From NCBI GenBank assembly GCA_044868695.1, contig JBIOWP010000101.1:1-20477 (forward strand): a DNA stretch of 20,477 nucleotides, written 5' to 3'. The number at the start of each line of letters is the position of its first letter. The stretch's first letter is position 1. The notes below the pieces were generated by a model, which ran no database searches, was not told the DNA's origin, and was given only the letters and a program-made list of their open reading frames with translations. The stretch comes from a bacterium. Its GTDB lineage: Bacteria; Sysuimicrobiota; Sysuimicrobiia; Sysuimicrobiales; Kaftiobacteriaceae. This document shows, in pieces, positions 8,541-20,477 of the stretch. The position numbers and the translations under genes were made by a program.

Positions 8541-9257
8541 TCACGAGGCGTGAAGGACAGCTGTATCGATTCCCTCGCTCTCCAGCAATCGACGCTTCAG
8601 TGACGTTCCGCCCCTGAGCGAGTAGCCGCCGAGGCCTCCGTCGCTGCGAACCACCCGATGGCAGGGAACGATCAGCGGCACAGGGTTCTTCGCGCATGCG
8701 TTGCCAACGGCCCGGACGGCCCCGGGGTGCCCGATCTCGCGGGCGATATCGCGATAGGTCCGGACCTGCCCTTTCGGGATCCTGCGGAGCTGCTCAAGGA
8801 CCATACGTTCAAACGGACCGACCATGGACAGGTCCACGGGCCCGGCGAATCCGCTCAACGATTCGAAAAACCGGCGCAGGCCCTGCCGCAGCGCCTGCGG
8901 CGGGTGCGCGTCTCGCACCACCGGGCGATGGTACTTCCGGTACAGCGATCGGGAGAACGTGTCGTCTCCCGGAGCCAGATCCACGGCGCTGACTCCGAGG
9001 TCCGTGTAGGCGACGTAGACAGTGCCCAGCGAGCTGGCAAACGACGTGTAGCGCAGCATCTCTTCTGCCCTCCCCGGCCGTTTGGCCGTGTGGTGTGCGT
9101 ACTGCAGCACGAACGACTCCAGATCGTCCTCCGCCAGCGGCGTCAGGGCCGCGGCCGGCTTGCCGCGCAACGTGATGATCACCGGCTCACCACCCATGGC
9201 ATGGCGCAGCAGTTCGTTGGTCTTGTTCTTCAGCTCCACCGTGTTGGCCACCCGCAT
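8541..9257 (-). CDS. ogt: Fusion: Phd/YefM antitoxin-type DNA-binding domain + methylated-DNA-protein-cysteine methyltransferase (Ogt/MGMT)
   Basis: N-terminal MRVANTVELKNKTNELLRHAMGGEPVIITLRGKPAAAL (Phd pattern); C-terminal IPKGQVRTYRDIA, RAVGNACAKNPVPLIVPCHRVV, LLESEG; GGAGG RBS at 9263-9267. Confidence 0.9.
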   Translation of the reverse strand: MRVANTVELKNKTNELLRHAMGGEPVIITLRGKPAAALTPLAEDDLESFVLQYAHHTAKRPGRAEEMLRYTSFASSLGTVYVAYTDLGVSAVDLAPGDDTFSRSLYRKYHRPVVRDAHPPQALRQGLRRFFESLSGFAGPVDLSMVGPFERMVLEQLRRIPKGQVRTYRDIAREIGHPGAVRAVGNACAKNPVPLIVPCHRVVRSDGGLGGYSLRGGTSLKRRLLESEGIDTAVLHAS

Positions 9258-9272
9258 CTCAGCCTCCAAATT

Positions 9273-9322
9273 ACATGGCTATTTTCATAGCTATGTTACT
9301 CCTGCAGGTCAGCGGCTGTCAA
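9273..9322 (-). promoter_or_regulatory. Promoter and tandem-palindrome operator of the Phd-Ogt gene
   Basis: TTGACA (9322-9317), 18 bp, TAACAT (9298-9293); palindromes CATAGCTATG (9286-9295) and CATGGCTATT (9274-9283). Confidence 0.7.
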
Positions 9323-9340
9323 TACCGAACGGGATATGGC

Positions 9341-11224
9341 CTAGCGGATCACCTCGTCCTTGTAGCGGACGTCCGGATGCTCGCGCAGGTAGTCGGACAC
9401 CTTTTGCGCCATCTTCGGCCCGACGATCTCGGCAATCTGGTCTAGCGTGGCCTGGCGTACGTGGCGCACCGACCCGAACCGGCGGATCAGATCGCGCTTG
9501 CGCTTCTCCCCGATCCCCTTGATCTCGTCCAGGACGGAGAATACGATCCGCCGCTCACGGAGCTTCTGATGGTAGGCGTTTGCGAACCGGTGGGCCTCGT
9601 CACGTACGCGCTGCAGCAGCCGCAGCGCATGGGAGTCGCGGGGCAGTGCAATAGGATCGGCGCTCTCCGGGGTGACGATAAGTTCCTGTTGTTTGGCCAG
9701 GCCGATGGCCGGAATCGTGACGTTGTATTCGAACAACACCTCCCGGGACGCGTTCAGCTGACCCCGGCCTCCGTCGATCAAGATGAGGTCAGGCATCACC
9801 GACCACTTGACAGGAACCGCCTCGTCCTTGTCGAGTTTCTCCTGCTCCTCCCGCGCCGTCGCGAACCGCCGGCGCAACATCTCCTGCAGGCTGGCATAAT
9901 CGTTGGGCCCATCCACCCACTTCATCTTGAAGCGGCGGTAGTCGCGTTTGTGCGGCAGGGCTCCCTCGAAAACGACGAGCGAGCCCACTGTTTCCCCGGC
10001 CTGGAAGTTGCTCACGTCGTAGGCTTCGATGCGAAACGGCACGTGCTCCAGGCGCAGGATCTCCTGCAGCTCTTTGATCCCGGCGCCGGCCGCGCCGGAG
10101 ACCCGGGCGCGCTCCTGTGTGAGGTACAGCGCGGCATTCTCCGCGGCCATGTCGACCAGGCGCCTACGCTCTCCGCGCTGGGGCACGATGACGTCGACCT
10201 TGCCGGCGCGCTTCTGCGCGAGCCACTCGGCGATCAGCGCCTCCTCCGCCACCGGCTCCTGCACGATGAGCTCGCGGGGCACGCTGGGAGCCTCCTGATA
10301 GTACTGCTTGAGGAACTCCCCAAGGGCTTCCCCGCGCGGCAGCCCGCGGGTCCCCTCGAGCATGAAATGCTCCTGACTCTGGAGCCGGCCCGCCCGGATG
10401 TAGAACATCTGCACGCAGGACATGTCGCCCGCCTGGGCCAGCGCGGCGATATCCCGGTCTTCCAGCCCGACGCTGGCGGTGCGCTGCCGTTCGTAGATGG
10501 CCTCCATCGCCTGGATCTGGTCCCGCAACTGCGCCGCGCGCTCGAACTGCAGGGCCTCCGCGGCCTGCGCCATCTCCGCGCGCAACTCATCCAGCAACGA
10601 CTCCTGCTTTCCCTCGAGGAACATCGCCGCCTGGCGGACCTGCTCCCCATACTGCTCGGCGGAGGCCCCCCAGGCCACGCACGGCGCGGTGCACTGGCCG
10701 ATGTAATAGTCCAGGCACGGACGCGGCAGGTCCCGGGTGATCTCGATGTTGCACGACCGGAGCTTGAAGAGCTTGCGGATCGTGCGGATGGTCCGGGTCA
10801 CGAGCTTCGGCTCGTGGTACGGATAGGGCCCAAAGTACCGGGCCCCATCGCGGAGCACACGCCGGGTCATGAGGATCTTGGGGTACGGTTCGTTGGTGAG
10901 CTTCACGAACGGGAAGGCCTTGTCGTCGGCCATGCGGACGTTGTAGGGGGGCCGGTGCTGTTTGATGAGGTTGGTTTCCAGGATGAGCGACTCCACCTCG
11001 TTCTCGCAGGCGATGACCTCCACGTCGGCGATCTTTGACATGAGGTGGCGGATCCGCGGGCTCTCGAGATGCCCGCTGTCCTGAAAGTACTGCCGGACCC
11101 GGTTGCGCAGCGAGGCCGCCTTCCCGACATAGATCACCCTGCCGGAGGCGTCCTTCATGAGATAGACGCCCGGCCGGACGGGCATGAGCTTCAACTTCTC
11201 TTCAACGTTCTGGAGGTCGGGCAT
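9341..11224 (-). CDS. uvrC: Excinuclease ABC subunit C
   Basis: GIY-YIG PGVYLMK...IYVGKA, four-Cys cluster, UVR domain FERAAQLRDQI, IEAYDVSN, LILIDGGRGQ, RDEAHRFA, HhH. Confidence 0.98.
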   Translation of the reverse strand: MPDLQNVEEKLKLMPVRPGVYLMKDASGRVIYVGKAASLRNRVRQYFQDSGHLESPRIRHLMSKIADVEVIACENEVESLILETNLIKQHRPPYNVRMADDKAFPFVKLTNEPYPKILMTRRVLRDGARYFGPYPYHEPKLVTRTIRTIRKLFKLRSCNIEITRDLPRPCLDYYIGQCTAPCVAWGASAEQYGEQVRQAAMFLEGKQESLLDELRAEMAQAAEALQFERAAQLRDQIQAMEAIYERQRTASVGLEDRDIAALAQAGDMSCVQMFYIRAGRLQSQEHFMLEGTRGLPRGEALGEFLKQYYQEAPSVPRELIVQEPVAEEALIAEWLAQKRAGKVDVIVPQRGERRRLVDMAAENAALYLTQERARVSGAAGAGIKELQEILRLEHVPFRIEAYDVSNFQAGETVGSLVVFEGALPHKRDYRRFKMKWVDGPNDYASLQEMLRRRFATAREEQEKLDKDEAVPVKWSVMPDLILIDGGRGQLNASREVLFEYNVTIPAIGLAKQQELIVTPESADPIALPRDSHALRLLQRVRDEAHRFANAYHQKLRERRIVFSVLDEIKGIGEKRKRDLIRRFGSVRHVRQATLDQIAEIVGPKMAQKVSDYLREHPDVRYKDEVIR

Positions 11225-11230
11225 GTCGGG

Positions 11231-12382
11231 CTATAGGGTCCGCAAGAACTCTCCCGTGCGCTGCAGTCCCTCCTCGAGCCGGTGCATCTCGCCACCATAC
11301 CCGATCCGGAGGTATCCGTCCATCTTGAAATGATCCCCGGGTACCACGAGGACCTCTCGCTCCTTGCGCAGGCGCGTGGCGAGCTCGGTGGAGTTGACCG
11401 CGGGCCGGTAGCGTACGAACGCGATCGCACCGGCCTGCGGGGGGACCCAACTGACGACGCCGTCCATCGCATCGACCCACTTCGTGACCACGGCCAGGTT
11501 CTCGTTTAGGATCAGCCGGGTGCGGGCCGCCAGACGCTGGGAGGCGCGAGGCCCGAGGGCGACGCGGGCCAGGTGGTCGCTGAGGAGGCTGGGAGCGATG
11601 GTCGTGTAGTCGTGGTACCCCCATAGGACTTCAACCATCTCGTGGGGCGCAAGAATCCATCCCACCCGGAGCCCCGCCAGGCCGTAGGCCTTGGAGAGCC
11701 CGCCCACGACGATTGCCCGCGGGTACCGCCCCCAGAACGAATGCGTCGGGTGCCCGTCCAGTTCCGCGCCGCGATAGACTTCATCGGCTACGACCCACGC
11801 ATTCACCCGCGCGGCCGCCGCGCACACGGCGTTCATCGCCTCCACGGACAGCACGGCACCGGTGGGGTTGTTGGGATTGCACACAAAGATCGCGCGGGTC
11901 TTCGGCGTGACGAGCCGCTCCAGTTCGTCCAGGTCGGGCGCCCACTGCGCAGGCTCACGCAGCCCCGTACCAGGGCCTTCCAGGCCCGGTACAGGGCGCA
12001 GCCACCACCCTTTGACGTCCACGCCCCAGCCCGGCGCCAGTTGCGGAATCTGCATGTAGTTGGGCAGCATGACCACCGCCTCGTCGCCGCGCTCGGCCAG
12101 GGCCCAGGTGATGAGAAAGTTGGCCTCCGCCGCGCCCGTCGTCACGAGCACGTGCTCGGGCCCGGCGGCATGGTACAGTCCGGCGACCGCCGTGCGCAGC
12201 TCCTCGCTGCCGTTGGTGGACCCGTAGCCGATCTGTTCGCGTGAGAGCACTTCGCGGATCCAGGAGTGGTCGACCAGCGCGGCCAGCGTAATGGGGTACA
12301 CGCCGCTGTCGGCGAGGTTGAACGGCACGGCGTTCTCCCACGTCGATTGATACCGCTCCATCTCGAAGCGCTCAATCTTCAT
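11231..12382 (-). CDS. PLP-dependent aminotransferase class I/II
   Basis: CNPNNPTG, ADEVY, GLSKAYGLAGLRVGW; start MKIERFEMER at 12382. Confidence 0.93.
   Translation of the reverse strand: MKIERFEMERYQSTWENAVPFNLADSGVYPITLAALVDHSWIREVLSREQIGYGSTNGSEELRTAVAGLYHAAGPEHVLVTTGAAEANFLITWALAERGDEAVVMLPNYMQIPQLAPGWGVDVKGWWLRPVPGLEGPGTGLREPAQWAPDLDELERLVTPKTRAIFVCNPNNPTGAVLSVEAMNAVCAAAARVNAWVVADEVYRGAELDGHPTHSFWGRYPRAIVVGGLSKAYGLAGLRVGWILAPHEMVEVLWGYHDYTTIAPSLLSDHLARVALGPRASQRLAARTRLILNENLAVVTKWVDAMDGVVSWVPPQAGAIAFVRYRPAVNSTELATRLRKEREVLVVPGDHFKMDGYLRIGYGGEMHRLEEGLQRTGEFLRTL
11958..12003. repeat. In-frame 39-bp palindromic insertion with 7-bp direct repeat CGCAGCC
   Basis: CGCAGCC at 11958-11964 and 11997-12003; hairpin spanning 11962-11997. 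Confidence 0.65.
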
Positions 12383-12451
12383 GGGAGCCCCCTTGAACCG
12401 CGAAATCAGGGATCCGGGATCAGGGATCCGAAACGCATGCCCCAAACGCAG

Positions 12452-15403
<2,952 letters not shown>

Positions 15404-15424
15404 CCCCCTGCTCCCGTTCACACA

Positions 15425-15494
15425 GTCATTGCGAGGCCGCAGGCCGAAGCAATCCCCTCCTGACAGGAGATCGCTTCGCTACGCTCGCGATGAC
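15425..15494. repeat. REP/RPE-like palindromic element
   Basis: GTCATTGCGAG...GAAGCAATCCC...GAGATCGCTTC...CTCGCGATGAC nested inverted repeats filling the uvrB-uvrA gap. Confidence 0.8.
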
Positions 15495-15496
15495 GG

Positions 15497-17620
<2,124 letters not shown>

Positions 17621-17626
17621 AAAGCG

Positions 17627-17635
17627 ATTATACCA
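17627..17635 (-). promoter_or_regulatory. Extended -10 promoter, probably giving a leaderless uvrB mRNA
   Basis: TGGTATAAT, then 6 nt (CGCTTT), then ATG; no Shine-Dalgarno. Confidence 0.7.
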
Positions 17636-17653
17636 TCGGGGCGAAAACGCTGG

Positions 17654-18307
17654 CTACCGGTCCCCCTCAGGGCCGGATGAGGACTGTTCGGTGGCGGAGG
17701 TTGCGCTGACGAGGAGCTCCTGCCACAGCAGCTCGACCTGGCGGCGGGTGTCCTCCACCGTGCCGGAGTTGTCGATCACCCAGTCCGCCTCGGTCTCCTT
17801 CTCGGCGGCCGGCCGCTGCGCGGCCAGGCGCTGCTCCGCCGCTTCCTGGGAGAGCTTGTCGCGGCGCCTCAGCCGGTCGACCTGCTGCTCGCGACCGGCC
17901 GAGACCACGATCACCCCCTCGAGATCGAACGCCTCCGGGCCCGTGGTGTCCAGCAGCAGCGGGATGTCAATCACGACGATGGCGCCGGGGTTGGTGCGGC
18001 GCAGACCCTGGACCTCCTCCTGGATGCGCCGGCGGATTTCCGGATGCGTAATCGCGTTGAGCCGCCGGCGGGCGATGGTGTCCCGAAAGACGATCTCGGC
18101 GAGCTTCTTCCGTTCGATCGTCCCGTCCCGCCCGACGACCTTCTTCCCGAACACCTCGACGATCTTCCGGTGCGCCTCTGACTGTGGAGCTACGACCTCC
18201 CGGGCCACCCGGTCGGCCTCGATGACCACCGCGCCCAGGTCCCGGAACATCTGGGCCACCGTGGTGACCCCTGTCGCGATCCCGCCGGTGAGGCCAATGA
18301 CTTTCAT
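17654..18307 (-). CDS. coaE: Dephospho-CoA kinase (atypical P-loop)
   Basis: MKVIGLTGGIATGVTTVA, LNAITHPEI, DIPLL, ADWVIDNSGT; located downstream of polA. Confidence 0.92.
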   Translation of the reverse strand: MKVIGLTGGIATGVTTVAQMFRDLGAVVIEADRVAREVVAPQSEAHRKIVEVFGKKVVGRDGTIERKKLAEIVFRDTIARRRLNAITHPEIRRRIQEEVQGLRRTNPGAIVVIDIPLLLDTTGPEAFDLEGVIVVSAGREQQVDRLRRRDKLSQEAAEQRLAAQRPAAEKETEADWVIDNSGTVEDTRRQVELLWQELLVSATSATEQSSSGPEGDR

Positions 18308-18316
18308 GGCGGACTG

Positions 18317-18412
18317 ACGGGCCTCGGGCACCGGGTCCCGGGCACCGTGGCAAAGCCACACATGGCAGGGGCTGATTCCGTCGGAGCCCGAAGCCCGAAG
18401 CCCGGAGCCCGT
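18317..18412. repeat. Inverted heptamer arrays between polA and coaE
   Basis: cgggcct cgggcac cgggtcc cgggcac ... gagcccg aagcccg aagcccg gagcccg, with inner hairpin GTGGC-AAA-GCCAC. Confidence 0.75.
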
Positions 18413-18416
18413 TCGT

Positions 18417-20477
18417 TCATGCCAGTGGCTCCATCTCGCGCCAATTCGGGCCGGCCTTGGTATCCACTCGCACGGGCACGGAGAGCGGAAACGCCCGCTC
18501 CATCACCGGGGTGACCTCCGCTGCGAGGGTCCGCAGGAGGGCCTCGGGGACCTCGAAGAGCAGTTCGTCGTGCACCTGTAGGGTCATGAGCGCGTCCGGA
18601 AAGCGGGGCAGCACCTGGCGGGCGAGGTCCACCATCGCCTTCTTGATGATGTCCGCGCTGCTGCCCTGAATGGGCGTGTTGATGGCCGTCCGTTCCGCCG
18701 CCTCGCGGATCGGCCGGTTGCGCGTGTGGACCTCAGGGATGTATCGCCGCCGGTTCAGCAACGTGGTGACATACCCGGTCCGCCGCGCCTGCTCAACGAT
18801 GTCGAGCATGTACTGACGCACCTTGGGGTAGCGCTCATAGTACCGCTCTATGTAGGCCTTGGCCTCCGTGCGGCTGATTCCGAGCTGCGCGGCCAGGCCG
18901 AATTCACTCATGCCGTACGCTACGCCGAAGACGATGGTCTTGGCCCGCCGGCGCAGCTCGGCAGTCACCTCCGCCCGTGGAACGCCGAAGACCTCGCCGG
19001 CCGTCACCGCGTGGATATCGTCGTTCCGGGCGAAGGCCTCCACGAGCCCGGGATCTCCCGTGATGTGCGCCAGGACGCGCAGATCGATTTGCGAATAGTC
19101 GGCGCCCAGCAGCAGGCGGCCGGGTGCGGCGACAATCGCGCGCCGGATCTTCCGTCCCTCCTCGGTCCGGATCGGGATATTCTGGAGATTGGGGTCGGTG
19201 GTGATGACCCGGCCCGTCGCCGCCACGGTCTGATTGAACGTCGTGTGCACGCGGCCCGTGTGCGGATGGACTAGCGCCGGCAGCACGTCCACATAGGTCG
19301 TTTTCAACTTGGTCAGCTCACGGTGGGCCACGATCTTCGCCGCGACCTCGTGCTGCGGGGCCAGGGACTCGAGGACGTCCGCGTCGGTCGAGTAGCCGGT
19401 CTTCGTCTTCTTGACGGGCGGGAGCTGCAGTTTCTCGAACAGGACGAAGGCGAGCTGCTTGGGGGAGCTGATGTTGAATTCCGTACCGGCGAGCCGGTAG
19501 ATTTCCGCCGTCAGCTCTTCTAACCGCCCGTCCATCTCCGCGGCCAACTCTTCCAGGTATGGCACGTCCACGGCCACGCCCGCCGCCTCCATCGCCGCCA
19601 GGACGGCCGCCAGGGGCATCTCAATGTCGGTAAACAGCTCGTAGACCTGTTTCTCCTTCATCCGGTCAATGAGCACCGGACGCAGGCGGCGGAGCACATC
19701 GGCGGCTTCGCAGGCCTCCGCGACCTCATCCCGTCCCAATCGCAGCCCCTGCTCGCCCTCGTCCTCTTGGTCCATGCGCAGCCGCCAGCCGAGATACTCC
19801 CACGCGGCCGATCCCAGCGTGTGTGTGCGCCGTCCCGGATTCATCAGGTAGGAGGCGACCGCCACGTCAAAGTCGAACCCGCGCGGCCGCAGCCCGAAGC
19901 GGCGCAGCGTCAGCAGGTCGGCCTTCGTGTCGCCGCTGACCTTGACGGCCTGGCCCTCGACCAGCGGTCTGAGGACGCGGGGAACGCGGTCGTCGGCGAC
20001 CGGCAGGTACAGCGCCTTCCCCGGCATGGCGCACACGGCAAGCCCGGTGAGCGGTGCAGAGATCGGATGCCCCTCGCCGCGGCCCAGATACACGCCCACC
20101 TCCTCCGCCCCGGCCGCCACGGCCAGCTCGGCGGGATCCGCCGCGCGTCGGTATTGCCCCTCGGGCTGCTCCTCGACGACGCCGACGCGTTCCAGCAGGC
20201 TCTTAAACTCCAGGTCCGCGAAGAGCGCCTGCAGCCGCTCGTGGTGGGGCGGGCGGCGGCGCAGGTCGTCCCACGACACCTGGACCGGCACGTCGGTGAC
20301 AATGGTCGCCAGGTGCTTGCTCTGCAAGATCTGCCCGCTGTGCGCGCGCAGCGGATCGTGTAGCTTCGCCGGCGCCCGGTTGACCTGTTCGAGCAGGTCC
20401 TCGACGCGGCCGAACTGCTGGATCAGCTGGCCGGCGGTCTTCTCTCCGACACCCGGGACGCCGGGAATGTTGTCGGT
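18417..20477 (-). CDS. polA: DNA polymerase I (5' end outside the window)
   Basis: Frame is open to the window edge (TDNIPGVPGVGEKTA, H3TH motif); PNLQNIP, DYSQIDLR, RRRAKTIVFGVAYG, QVHDELLFE. Confidence 0.99.
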   Translation of the reverse strand, partial: TDNIPGVPGVGEKTAGQLIQQFGRVEDLLEQVNRAPAKLHDPLRAHSGQILQSKHLATIVTDVPVQVSWDDLRRRPPHHERLQALFADLEFKSLLERVGVVEEQPEGQYRRAADPAELAVAAGAEEVGVYLGRGEGHPISAPLTGLAVCAMPGKALYLPVADDRVPRVLRPLVEGQAVKVSGDTKADLLTLRRFGLRPRGFDFDVAVASYLMNPGRRTHTLGSAAWEYLGWRLRMDQEDEGEQGLRLGRDEVAEACEAADVLRRLRPVLIDRMKEKQVYELFTDIEMPLAAVLAAMEAAGVAVDVPYLEELAAEMDGRLEELTAEIYRLAGTEFNISSPKQLAFVLFEKLQLPPVKKTKTGYSTDADVLESLAPQHEVAAKIVAHRELTKLKTTYVDVLPALVHPHTGRVHTTFNQTVAATGRVITTDPNLQNIPIRTEEGRKIRRAIVAAPGRLLLGADYSQIDLRVLAHITGDPGLVEAFARNDDIHAVTAGEVFGVPRAEVTAELRRRAKTIVFGVAYGMSEFGLAAQLGISRTEAKAYIERYYERYPKVRQYMLDIVEQARRTGYVTTLLNRRRYIPEVHTRNRPIREAAERTAINTPIQGSSADIIKKAMVDLARQVLPRFPDALMTLQVHDELLFEVPEALLRTLAAEVTPVMERAFPLSVPVRVDTKAGPNWREMEPLA

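Noticed and set aside
8452..8697. 81-aa ORF as the cognate toxin of the Phd domain
   Set aside because: Overlaps the Ogt active-site region out of frame, has no RBS and no RelE, PIN or Fic features.

Overview
High-GC bacterial chromosomal core region; almost all CDS are on the minus strand. In minus-strand reading order: polA (5'-truncated), coaE, uvrB, uvrA, a PLP aminotransferase, uvrC, a Phd/YefM-Ogt fusion, a small ORF/DUF2089/DUF4097/SHOCT-like/ABC-ATPase/MFS operon, and folP-like, folE and DUF6580. These are followed by a plus-strand tRNA-Gly/Cys/Leu cluster, then tRNA-Thr and tuf (3'-truncated) on the minus strand. The best candidate for an undescribed system is a toxin-less Phd/YefM DNA-binding domain fused to an intact O6-alkylguanine methyltransferase. 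Its own sigma70-type promoter carries two Phd/YefM-style palindromes 12 bp apart, suggesting an Ada-independent, alkylation-sensing autorepressor. Other points: a 21-aa membrane microprotein ORF between the tRNAs, a 39-bp in-frame palindromic insertion with a 7-bp direct repeat in the aminotransferase, heptamer-repeat arrays (one inside uvrA), a Pol I steric-gate E-to-D change, a CoaE lacking the P-loop lysine, and a FolP2-like DHPS. Family assignments are from motif recognition only; no database search was run.
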